Assembly (NCBI RefSeq): GCF_001194135.2
Contig: NC_068982.1
Coordinates: 49,703,265-49,754,655, forward strand
DNA: 51,391 nucleotides
Source of the DNA: Octopus bimaculoides
Lineage: Eukaryota
Direction: 5' to 3'
The notes below the pieces were generated by a model. It did not search any database, had not been told where the DNA came from, and was given only the letters and a program-made list of their open reading frames with translations. The position numbers and the translations under genes were made by a program. This document shows, piece after piece, positions 11,311 to 22,623 of this stretch. Within the stretch, counting starts at the first letter, position 1. Each line of letters begins with the position of its first letter.

Positions 11311-13254
11311 TCTGCCACACACAAAAACTATCGTCCTGGTTAACCTTCTTTTGATATTGCTGCATCTTTTATGTGTCCATAGTTTACATTGGGTACACCG
11401 TATAGAGTTTCAACCCACGCCTTTTCTACAGATTGAGCAGGTTAATCTACCTGAACGGGTTTGTGATTTGACAGCCTTATCTACCTATCTCTCTGCAAGA
11501 GATATGCCCACACCCACTATTCTATCATTATTACCTTCCCAGAAAAGTTTATACCTCTGTGCTTTGCCTGTGAGGACTCTGGCTGAAGCTCCTCTCCACC
11601 TTACCTCTTGTATGCAACATACATCAACACATCTTCATTCAAGCATCTCTACAATCTCGCTAGACCTACCTTTCAATGTGCCGATATTTACAGTGCCAAC
11701 TCTGAAAACTGGGAAAGAGACATGGGAGGTAACACAGGAAGGAGAAATATTATTCAGCACCTGAAAAGAAGGTTCCTGTGATAGTTTGGTAACAGACGTC
11801 ATAATAGTTGTTCCTGCTTTTAACCTACCATCATTCAAACATGTTAGAATGGTTATGGTTGTTGCCTCTACTGGGGGGTGGGAGTAAGGAAGCATTGTAT
11901 ATGAAAGTGTTTGGGGCATTGTAAATATAAGCGTTAATATAAGCGTTATGAGCACTGTGGGTGTAAGCATTAGTGATGCTGCAGATATAAATGTAAAACA
12001 AAAAAAGTTTTGTGTGTGGCAGATGCACAGGGGCAATAAACACTGGTGTTGTACAGAAAACAGATTCCATCACATGCCAAGGGGAGAAACTAGTACTTAC
12101 TAGCTTCTGCTACCTAGGCAACCAAGTCTGTAGTGGTGTTGGTTGCTCTGAGAGTGTAGCAGCTAGAATAGTCTGGGCAGAGTTCAAGGAGTTCCTACCT
12201 CTGCTGGCAACTAAGGGCCTCTTGCTCAGAATGAAAGATAGACTGTATGGTGCATGTGTGCAAACTGCCATGCTACACAGCATCGAAACACGGGCCATGA
12301 CTGCTGAGGACATGCGTAGGCTTGAAAGAAATGGATCTAGTATGATCCGCTGGATGTATAATATCAGTGTGCATACATGACAGAGTGTAAGCACCCTGAG
12401 AGAAAAGTTGGGCGTAAGAAGCATCAAATGTGGTGTGCAAGAGAGACGACTGTGCTGGTATGGTCATGTGTTACATATGAATGAGGACAGCTGTGTGAGG
12501 AAGTGCAACTCCCTAACTGTGGAAGGAAACTGTGGAAGAGGTAGACCCAGGAAAACACGAGATGAGGTGGTGAAGCATGACCTTCAAACATCGGGCCTCA
12601 CAGAGGAAATGACAGGAGACTGAAAGCTTTGGAGATATGCTGTGATTGAGAAGACTTGGCAACTAAAGTAAGATAACAGCCATGCATGTCCGGCCCAGTT
12701 AAGAGTTCCCCTGATGCGTCAGGTGATATAATATGCTTGAGAAGACCTGTTGAGTCAAGTAAAACCAATATCGTAGCTGTGGCCAGTGCTCCCTGACTGA
12801 CTCCAATGATGGTGGCTCATAAAAAGCACCATCCATATGTGGTCGATGTCAGGTCCGCCTGACTGGCTCGCATACTGGGAGCATGTAAAAAGCACCATCC
12901 AAATGTGGTTGATGCCAGGTTTGCCTGACTGGCTTCTGTGCCAGTGGCAGATGAAAAGCACCATCCAAACGTGACCGATGCTAGCACCCGCTGACTGGCT
13001 CCCATGCCAGTGGTATGTAAAAAGCACTATCTGAACGTGATTGATGCCAGGCCTGTCTGACTGGCTCCTCTGCCAGTGGCATGTAAAAAGCACCCACTAC
13101 ACTCTCGGAGTGGTTGGCGTTAGGAAAGGCATCCAGCTGTAGAAACATTGCCAGATCAGATTGGAGTCTGGTGCAGCTGCTGGCTCTCCAGACCTCAGTC
13201 AAACTGTCCAACCTATGCCAGCATGGAAAACAGATTTTAAAAGATGATGATGAT
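11311..13254 (+). mobile_element. Rearranged RTE LINE insertion: inverted 5' part (11311-~12000, -) plus 3' part (12006-13254, +)
   Basis: - strand: APE endonuclease start RVGTVNIGTLKGRSSEIVEMLE*RCVDVCCIQEVRWRG and Cys/His finger. + strand: CGRCTG..SFCYLGNQ..LPLLATKG..RGRPRKT and (GAT)n tail. Flanked by 18-bp TSD AAAGACAAACATTTTGCG (11293-11310, 13265-13282). Confidence 0.92.
12793..13095 (+). repeat. 66-bp tandem repeat in RTE 3' UTR (4 full units plus a partial)
   Basis: CTGACTG anchors at 12793, 12859, 12925, 12991, 13057 (exact 66-bp period); units diverged. Confidence 0.9.
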
Positions 13255-13869
13255 TTTGCATGACAAAGACAAACATTTTGCGTTACAGACAAATCAAACT
13301 TGTAATTTGCCTCATAATACTTGTGGACAAACTACTCTTCACTTCAAAAACAGTTATCGTCAACACAACAGAAGCAGCGATTACAACTTAATTATTCTGA
13401 TATTAATGCTCACTTCATTTCTGTAATCTCAACAACTAGTAACATAATACTATTTTCAAATATCTTCAGCTACATTACATCTTCAGTTTAAATTTCACAA
13501 ACAACTCAAAAATAATTGTTACAACAGAAGGCTTCTTGTGGTGGCTACCAATGAAAAAATTCAGTGAAAAGCTACATGGTACCACAGCAATAAAGTTTTA
13601 GAGTCTTTCAAATTAATCATTGCTTGTTTTTTTGTTTTTTTAATCACTTGAGAATATCCATTAATTAGTTGAGTTCAGCCTTTCTTGAAGAGAAAGGGTG
13701 TATGTATAATAGCTCCAGAATGTAATCCTACATGTCACGATCATCATGATATAGTATCTTTATATACTATATAATACAGTATCCTCATATACATCACTAT
13801 ATAGCCATCCACTTCCTCATCTAAAGGAAATCGTCTCTAGACATCTGTATTTCATGGCAAACAAAAATA

Positions 13870-15115
13870 TCAGGTCATTAAGAATGAAATGTCTGATTTT
13901 CTTATGCACCAAGTTTGACAGTAGTTAACTTCAATGTTTTTATCCTGACAATTCTTTGTTTAACAACATTGAAGACTTATATCATTACTTTTTGAAATGC
14001 AGTTCACAGTGTCTGATTATAGTGTGAGTTTTCTCTTGTAAATCAATTTTTGTGAATATGATTTCTGTCATGGAACGAATGCATCCCAGACAGCTTGAAA
14101 CATCAATGAGGTGCTTAATGGAGATGTGGCAAAGAGCACACTGTACGTCGATGGTTTGATAAGTTCCAGTCTGGTGACTTTACTCTTGAATTTCAACCCT
14201 GTGGTAGACCTGAGACCAAGATGGATAATAAGCTGGAAACTGTAGTGGAAGTGGATGCATCTCAAACTACACTTGAGTTAGCAGCAAGGTTTGATGTTTT
14301 GATTCCAACTGTGTTGGGCCATCTGAAACAAGTTGGCAAGGTAAAGAAACTGAACAAATGGGTACCACATGAATTGAACAAGCATCAAATGACATGTTGG
14401 CTTCGAACTTGCTGTTCATTGCGGTCACGACATTAAAGCAAAACAGTTTTGCATTATATTATCATGTGTGATAAAAAATGAATTCTTTTCAACAATAGCA
14501 AGCATTCTGCATGGTGGTTAGATAGAGACCAAGTGCCAAAACACAATCCAAAAGAGAATATTCATTAAAAAAAGCTAATGGTGTCTCTTTGGTGGTCCAG
14601 TGCTGGTATCATCCACTACAGCTTCATGAGACCTGGTAAGTCAGTTACAGCAGATGTATACATCAACCAATTGGATGAAATGATGAGTGAACTTGCAATT
14701 AAACAACTGAGATTGGTCAATAGAGACAGGCCAATTCTCTTGTAAGACAATACTCAATCACATGTTGCACAAAGAACACTACTGACATTAAAATAACTGA
14801 ACTTGGAAGTACTCTGTCATCGACCATATTCACCAGACCTTGCACCAACTGACTATCACGTTTTCCACATATTAGACAACTTTTTGCGAGGAAAAAACTT
14901 CAAATCTGAAGAAGATGCAAAAACAGTCTTTCATGATTTCATCACCTCTTGCTCTTCAGAATTCTTCGCTGCCAGCATAAATGAGCTACTTATAAAATGG
15001 CAAAATTGTGTTGATAATTTAGGTGCATACTTTGATTAACTGCATTGCTTTTTGTTGAGATAAAGTAAAATAAACTTTCAGTTCAAAATCAGATATTTCA
15101 TTCTTAATGACCTGA
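13870..15115 (+). mobile_element. Full-length defective mariner (DD34D) transposon
   Basis: 31-bp TIR TCAGGTCATTAAGAATGAAATGTCTGATTTT with 1 mismatch, TA on both sides; disrupted transposase ~14030-15039 with WVPHEL, CDKK and PYSPDLAPTDYH motifs. Confidence 0.95.
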
Positions 15116-15164
15116 TACATACATTTCAAATTCTAAAAACATATTATGCATATACATGTCAAAT

Positions 15165-15525
15165 TTGGCACAAGGCTAGTAATTTGGGAGGAAGGGTAAG
15201 TCAATTACATTGACCACTGGTACTTATTTGCTCAGCATACTAACAATTCTGCCAGCTCACTGCCTTCACATATTACACATATTAAAAAGTAATTTACATA
15301 GATGTGTATGGCAGTGAGCTGGCAGAAATGTCAGCACACCAGGCAAATTGCTTAGCGGCATTTCATCCATCTTTTATGTTCTGAGTTCAAATTCTGCCAA
15401 GGTTGAGGTTGCCTTTCATCCTTTCAAGTTTTTATAAAATAAGCATCAGTTGAGCACTGGGGTTGATGTAATCGACTTAATCCCTGCTGCAAACTTGCTG
15501 GCCTAGTGCCAAAATTTGAAACCTG
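15165..15525. mobile_element. Two old SINE B copies (- fragment then + copy)
   Basis: AATTCTGCCAGCTCACTGCC then GAGCTGGCAGAAATGTC..GTGCCAAAATTTGAAACC. Confidence 0.75.
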
Positions 15526-15552
15526 TTTACATATATATATATATATATATAT

Positions 15553-15674
15553 NNNNNNNNNNNNNNNNNNNNNNNNNNNNNNNNNNNNNNNNNNNNNNNN
15601 NNNNNNNNNNNNNNNNNNNNNNNNNNNNNNNNNNNNNNNNNNNNNNNNNNNNNNNNNNNNNNNNNNNNNNNNNN
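15553..15674. other. Assembly gap (N run); others at ~22339-22576, 23806-23956, 24856-25592 and short ones near 6200 and 31282
   Basis: N runs, mostly beside microsatellites. Confidence 0.95.
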
Positions 15675-16009
15675 TAAAGCAAAGTAAATATCATAAGATA
15701 AAGATAATATTATCTTTATCTTATGATATTTCCTTTGCTTTATATTATACTCATTTATTGTGCTTTTAATTGTTAATTTTTCTATATGTGATAGTGGATT
15801 TTCATCGATGAGTTCTTGAAACTTGGTTATTTTCCCTAAAACTATATATTTTATATATATCTATAAAGCTCAATTTAATTTTAATTTTTTATAAATTGAT
15901 TTTAATTGAGTTTTTACCTGTAATTTTGGATTTTGTCCCTAATATTATTATATATATATATATATATATATATGTATAGGTATATTTCAATATATACATA
16001 TACATATTT

Positions 16010-16360
16010 ATTTCCATTGGCTGTGTGGTTAAGAAGCTTGGCTCCCAACCATGTGGCCCAGGGTTTAGCCCCACTGTGTGGTATCTTGAGCAAGTGTCTT
16101 TTACTATATCCTAGACCAACCAAAGCCTTGTGAATAGATTTGGTAGACAGAAACTGAAAGGACTATCTTGTATATGTGTGTAGGGTGGGTGAGTGTAACC
16201 CACATTGGTTTGTTTATGTCCCTATAACTCAACAATTTGGCTGTAGAATAAGTGTCAAACTTAAAAAATAAGTACTGGGGTCAGTTTGTTCAACTAAACC
16301 CTTCAAGATGTTGCCCCAGCCTAGCTGCAGTTCAATGACTGAAACAAGTAAAAGACTAGA
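16010..16360 (+). mobile_element. SINE A
   Basis: TGGCTGTGTGGTTAAGAAGCTTG..CTTGAGCAAGTGTC..GACTGAAACAAGTAAAAG. Confidence 0.8.
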
Positions 16361-16717
16361 GATATGCAGGCAAGAACATTTTCTTTACTCAGTAAGATTT
16401 GGTCAATCACTTCTCCAATGCAATACAAGACTGCTCTTAGTCACAGATGGCAAAATGCTTCAAAACAGCTGAAACAAAATCACTGATCAAACGGAAAAAC
16501 ATTTCAAAGTGAAACTTTACTCTGTAATTGCAGGAGTGATAAAAACAAGCGTAACTTCATCCACACAACACAAACTCTACCTTCACAACTTCTCGCAACA
16601 AATCACATTTTTTATAAGAATTTACATGTACAATTCTAAGCACAATTACAAGTTTATAGTTGATCTGTTTTTTTTTCAATAGAATATTTTATCATGTCAA
16701 CTATAATCTGCAAAAAG

Positions 16718-17060
16718 GCAAAAACTCCCTTCGGTCATGAATAACAGTGGGATTGTACCTACAAAGTTACCCTCCGAGGCACAAGTCTGGGCAAGGTTGT
16801 TTATGAAAGATGCCCATGCATACTATGCAGTTACCCATGCATACCAGCCTCCCCTCTTCATGCCACTGATGTTATCCAAGGGAAAAGCGAAGGCTGATGC
16901 AGCTTGGCACCAGTGAAATTGCAACTCATTTCTACAGTTGAGTGAACTGAAGCAATATGAAATAAAGTGTCTTGCTCAAGAATATAACACACAACCAAGT
17001 CCAGGAGTTGAACTCACTACCTCATGGTTCTGAGCCCAATGCTCTAACCACTGAGCTATG
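16718..17060 (-). mobile_element. tRNA-derived SINE family D
   Basis: - strand head TAGCTCAGTGGTTAGAGC..GAGTTCAACTCC, body CTTGAGCAAGACACTTTATTTC; homologous to 23355-23722. Confidence 0.8.
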
Positions 17061-17094
17061 ATTTATTATTAGTGCATCTGATGTCCTTCAGAAC

Positions 17095-17324
17095 CAGGGC
17101 CAGATTTAGATCTAGAGGGGCCTCTATGATTTTGCAGGACTGATAAATCAAAAGAGAACTCAATAATTTTTTTTTTAAATTTAAACAAGTAAAAAAATTT
17201 GCAAATCATTTATTTGAGTGCTGTAAATATATTTAAAATTTTTAACACCAAATTTTAGGCTTCTCTGAGTTAAAAGGGCCTCTGGGTCATGGTTCATATT
17301 GGCCCATACATAAATCTGACCCTG
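17095..17324. mobile_element. hAT-type MITE (CAGGGCC TIR)
   Basis: TIR CAGGGCCAGATTTA / TAAATCTGACCCTG; 8-bp flanks TTCAGAAC / CTCATAAC (6/8). Confidence 0.7.
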
Positions 17325-17334
17325 CTCATAACAT

Positions 17335-17842
17335 CCATGAATGAAGAAGCTTGCTACACAACCACATAGTTCTGGGTTCAGTCCCATAGTGTGACACCAT
17401 GAGCAAATGTCTTCTACTACATCCTTGGGCTGACCAAAGCTTTGTGAGTGGATTTGGTAGATGGAAACTGAAAGAAGCCCATCATTTATATATATACAAT
17501 TTAAATATAGGATAAAATCTTTACAAGAATTTATCAAGTAGTTAGCTTGAAAAAACCTCATAAGGGAAAAAATTATTAATTATTCCCTATATATGTATAT
17601 ATTTATGTGTGTGTCTTTGTGTCTGTGTTTGTCCCCTCACCCCACCATCGCTTGATGACTGATGTTTGTGTATTTACATCTTCATAACTTAGCAGTTCAG
17701 CAAAAGAGACCGATAGAATAAGTACCGGGCTTACAAAGAGTAAGTCCTGGGGTCGATTTCTTTTACTAAAATGTGGTGCTCCAGCATGGCTGCTGTCAAA
17801 TGACTGAAACAAGTAAAAGAACAAAAGGAAAAGAATAAAAGA
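17335..17842 (+). mobile_element. SINE A
   Basis: Left arm, AT-rich spacer and right arm ending GAAACAAGTAAAAG. Confidence 0.8.
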
Positions 17843-17907
17843 ATAAATCTTTTTGAAACTATCCCATTGAAAAAAGAAAACAAAAAAAAATTAATAAAAT
17901 TGATTAC

Positions 17908-18080
17908 CTTCTATCTTTGACAGCATTAGGACTCTTAGAACCAAATGAGAGATGACCAGTTGATGAAAAGGAAATTTCCTGGCCAAAATCAAAAGGACAG
18001 CTGCCTAAACCTTTTCTTAGCAAATAACCATCAGGAGGAGAAATTGTGTAACTGTCAATCTCAACATGGACGATTCTAGC
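17908..18080 (-). CDS. Internal coding exon of unidentified host gene
   Basis: Acceptor GATTATTTTTAG, donor AG|GTAATC, 173 nt, only one open frame (phase 0 to 2): ARIVHVEIDSYTISPPDGYLLRKGLGSCPFDFGQEISFSSTGHLSFGSKSPNAVKDR; non-repetitive. Confidence 0.75.
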
Positions 18081-20117
18081 CTAAAAATAATCAAATCACC
18101 ACAGCAAATTAAAAATAAGTGTCAAGTAATGAGAAGTTATAAATAAATAAATTATATCAACCAAAACAAAAAAAAAAAAAAAATGATTAGATCAATTGAA
18201 CAAAACAATATAGTTTTATTTCATTTCATTTTATGATTTTATAGAATCCTTATTTGTGTTTCTTCAAAATTTAACCCGCTGTTTATTCAGAAATATGTAT
18301 TGATCATATAACTTTTTTAATCAAAATGGCAGCAAGTTAAATTTACTCACAACAAAGATTAAGTTAAAAACAGCTGATTAAAACTGACTTTTGATTATTT
18401 ACCTGAAAAGAATAATTATCAAGGGTTATAGATAAATCTATTTTCAGACATAAAACATTCTGCAACAGAAAATTATATTCCAAGATATTTAAAATGCCAA
18501 CAATGCTGCTGATACAGCCAACATCACCACCACAACTACCACCTCCATCATTATTGCTGCATTTACTTGCATACAAGTTGTTATAGTAGTGTATATATGT
18601 CGTGTAAACATTCAAACATCATAATTATCTTTCCAAATCCTGTGCATTTGACAAGGAATTTTTGATTCTCCAAAATCATCTTAGTGTATAAGTCAACCTA
18701 CTTTTTTTAGCTGTAAATTTTGGTTCGAGAAATTCTATCTGCATATCCGAAAATACAGTATTATTGTTTCACATTCGCTTTTCACATTGACATCAGTTAG
18801 ATGAGGCATCATGGTAGCATCAGTTCTAATTTGAAGTGACCATGTTTTGCTTTTACATTACATTTTGGCTCAGTTTCTACAGCTTTCATTCTTAATATTA
18901 ACCACTATACAGAGTATACCATGTACATTTATCATGGTACCAGTTCCAGAGAAGTTGACATGACCTTGATACAGCTTAAGGATCCTCGTACCCTATGTTA
19001 TCTCCATTCACTTGACAAAGGGTACAGGATGCATTTCACTATAACAACAACACCAGCATTAGTGAGGTTGCCTTGTAAGTAGCTAGATTAAAGAGTCCTC
19101 ACTAACCTTTATTGTTGCCATTCTATCATGTATGATGCTTGTCAACTTGGTACTAGTATTTTGGTATAGATAACAATAATATATATTTTCAAATATATAA
19201 CTTCCCCTATCTTGATATTGCATTTATCTTCACTGCAGTTAGATTGAAAGGTCTCTGGTGATTTGTTAATTTAAATATATCAAAATACACTTGTGTTTCA
19301 TAAAGCAGTTTCCCTGTTTCACTTATTTCAGTAATTCCATTGAGCAAGTCAGTTAATTTCTGTTGCTTAATGCAGAAATAATTAATTATTCTACAACAAT
19401 TTTAACCACATCACACTCAAGTGCACTTGATATAAGTGAAATGTGAATTACAACCAGAAAGTATATTACAAACAACCCAAAGAGAACATTCTGACAAATG
19501 CTGGTTTATATTACAAAGTGTTCACAGGAGAGATAATGCATTTGTGAAACTGAGTGATAAAAATAACTGAAGTATATGAATTGAACAAAGAAGATGCAGT
19601 TATATTCATATCAGAAACAAATATGTTAAGATGAACAAAAATAAATAAATAAATATTAGATATGCTTCCATGAATAGTAAGAACAAGCTAGATATCCTTC
19701 CAGAATCAAGTAATCATCCATAACACTTAGTTTTGTGTAATAAATAAATTCTTATTCAAGAACATTCAACCACTTTAGGTTCTGACAATAGACTTCATCA
19801 ACTGTTCCTATATAAAATACCAAACTGAATATAAGTACTGGGGTCGGAAGCAATGTCCCAGGATGGTCATAAACCAATGAATGAAACCAGTATTTCAGGG
19901 GAGGGTCGTGCTATAGTTCTTGATATATCCAAAACCTCTGATAGAGGTTAGTATGCTGGTTTGCTCAGGCTTTAAAAAAATCGTACTGGGGTCAATTTGT
20001 TTGACTAAATTTTGACTAAAACTTTAAAAGTGGAGTTCCAGCATCGCCACAGCTCAATAACTGAAACAAGTAAAAGATAAAAGAAATATAATATATATGA
20101 CTCTTATACTCAATTGT

Positions 20118-20423
20118 GAAGGCACATGGCTTAGTGGTTAGGGTATTCAGCTAATGATCATAAAGTCATGAGTTCAATTCCTTGAGCAAGACACTTTATT
20201 TCCCATTACTTCAGTTCATTCAACTGGCAAAGGTGAGTAGTACCTGAATTTCAAAGGGTCAGCCTTGTCACACTCTGTGTCACACTGAATCTCCCTGAGA
20301 ATTACATTAAGGGTACACATGTCTGTGGAGTGCTCAGTCACATACACATTAATTTCACGAGCAGACTGTTCTGTTGATCGGATCAACTTGAACCCTTGTT
20401 GTTGTAAATGATGGAGTGGCAAT
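20118..20423 (+). mobile_element. SINE with family-D head and family-C tail
   Basis: TGGCTTAGTGGTTAGG..CTTGAGCAAGACACTTTATTTC (D) joined to CAAAGGGTCAGCCTTGTCACAC..GTTGATCGGATCAAC (as in C at 27079-27270). Confidence 0.8.
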
Positions 20424-20496
20424 TAATTATATTCAATTACTGTACCATCACTGTTAAATTTCGTAGGATACTAAAATGGATTAGGTTTGTTTGAAT

Positions 20497-20668
20497 GAGT
20501 CTAGGACATTTACACCCCATGGACAATAACACCCCCAAGGACAATTACCCCTGTCGACAACAACAAGATGATGATTCAAAACTTCTTAATATATTGGAGG
20601 GCTAATTAATTAAAGGGAGCAGTCGTTGTCAGGGGGAATTGTCCGGAAAGGAGTAATTGTCCTGATAC
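20497..20668. mobile_element. Mutator (MULE)-type foldback MITE
   Basis: Perfect 9-bp TSD TGTTTGAAT (20488-20496, 20669-20677); G-starting imperfect TIRs built from repeated GGACAATTAC-like motifs. Confidence 0.8.
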
Positions 20669-20729
20669 TGTTTGAATAAACATTGCTGGTATCTAGAAGA
20701 ATGTTTTCTTTCTTGCAAATCCAAAGAGA

Positions 20730-21285
20730 CAGTGATTGTTTGACCTGCTAGAAATAACAGTCAAATTCCCTTAAATAATATCTTACCGTCTTGAAAAGAA
20801 GGATACATTATATATTCCTATCAATTTTCAATCTGTTATGGGTTGAAGCGTCAGTATGCTGTTGCCAGCATCTCTACACAGGTTGCTGGTCTACCTGTCT
20901 TTGATGGCTGACTAATTGCTGGTTAAATGCGGTGCTACTATGGTCAATGATTAATCCAAGCCATTATCACCTAGGTGAAATTTGAACCCAGGACACTTGG
21001 ATCAAGGCAGCTATCAATTCTCCTGTTCTACTCCTATGAACTGGTACATTAGTTATGGTGCATGCCCCACCATAAGAAAAAAAAAAAGAAAAAGAAATGT
21101 AAACAAAGCTGACTGAGGCAGGATTTGAACACAGAGAGCTATAACAATTACTGCAAAACATTCAATCTGATGCTGTAATGATTCTGCCAGTTTGGCTCCT
21201 CCAAAGCTGGAATACCTTTGATCATAGTTCTGTGCAATCAAACCTGACCCGGGGCTAAATAACAACATCAACAACAACAGCAACC
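20730..21285. repeat. Family F element interrupted by two SINEs (tRNA-headed family G on -, SINE B head on -)
   Basis: F 5' part ~20730-20820, F tail ~21200-21285; between them GAAATTTGAACCCAGG (B-box on -) at ~20975 and GGATTTGAAC..GATTCTGCCAG at ~21120-21190. Confidence 0.6.
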
Positions 21286-21584
21286 TGAACACTGTTGTCT
21301 TCCTTCTATTTTTTATATCAATTTTTCAATGCTTGCATTATTAACGAGAGATGGTTTATTAGAGCAATTAATTTAATAGTTGGATGTCCTTTCTACTGCC
21401 AAACACACAGCTATTAAGTACGAGTAGAACCTGGGTTTTCATTCAATCAGAAGGCAAACTGAATGAAACAAACAAATTAAGTACACACTGTTCATATATG
21501 CCATGTGATGATAACACCAATATCTGAATTAATGAACATGTCAAGCTGCTCAACACCTTAGCTTTAAACCAGTTCCTTTTTTAC

Positions 21585-21644
21585 CAGGCTGCTCCAAAGT
21601 TTATCCTCAATAAAATTCTTCATTTTCTCAATAAATGACTGTCT
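21585..21644 (-). CDS. Candidate 60-nt phase 0-0 exon
   Basis: RQSFIEKMKNFIEDKLWSSL, donor CTG|GTAAAA, phase-compatible with 17908-18080; acceptor (GGGAAATAG) is weak. Confidence 0.35.
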
Positions 21645-22575
21645 CTATTTCCCATCAGTAAGAAATTTTCAAATGAAATAAGTAAGTAAATATATCTACC
21701 TCTCTCTGAAAATAAATGGCAATGGAATGAACAACCAATGTTGGACAGACTTGGTAACAAGTTGCATGATTATTTGCGAAGCAGTTGTCCAATGCTCAGA
21801 TGAGTAGCAGGGCACTGCAGTGAGCATTGAATCTGTGTGACGACGAGCATGGATGCAGCTCTCAGTTATAGAAGCAAATATGCAAATAAGACCTTCAAAG
21901 ACCAAAGTAAACAAAGGTTCATTTGGCTTCAAGAAGTGCCCGAAAGCTTCCATGGAAGACACTGGATTCATTGTCAAAAAATGTGAATGACTTTTCATTG
22001 GAAGCGAATCAGGTTAATATTCTTGAACCTGAACTCGGAGAGTGCTCAGCTGGTGGTGGGACTGTGGCATGTTTCTGTCACATTTGTTATCAAAGCCAGT
22101 GGGCAGGTGAAGCAGCTACAAAGCAAATGAGCAAAGCAAAGCAAAGACATGGTTGGGAACATTGAGAAGAGTTGTCATTTTTTTTGTAAAGGACTGTCTA
22201 TGAAATCAGCTTCTCAGGAGAGACAGATATGGTACCCACAGGGGGAAAAAAAAAAAAAATATCTATCTTAAAAACATGCTGAGACCGACCGATATATATA
22301 TATATGTATATATCTATATATACATAAATATATATATANNNNNNNNNNNNNNNNNNNNNNNNNNNNNNNNNNNNNNNNNNNNNNNNNNNNNNNNNNNNNN
22401 NNNNNNNNNNNNNNNNNNNNNNNNNNNNNNNNNNNNNNNNNNNNNNNNNNNNNNNNNNNNNNNNNNNNNNNNNNNNNNNNNNNNNNNNNNNNNNNNNNNN
22501 NNNNNNNNNNNNNNNNNNNNNNNNNNNNNNNNNNNNNNNNNNNNNNNNNNNNNNNNNNNNNNNNNNNNNNNNNNN

Positions 22576-22623
<48 letters not shown>

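Noticed and set aside
12110-12467. Antisense ORFs over RTE copies (also 50699-51369 on +)
   Set aside because: Shadow frames of the RTE coding strand.
12793-13095. CRISPR-like array or 22-aa repeat protein (ORF 12755-13093)
   Set aside because: Units are contiguous diverged tandem repeats without unique spacers and lie in the RTE 3' UTR; the ORF is antisense and follows from the period being a multiple of 3.
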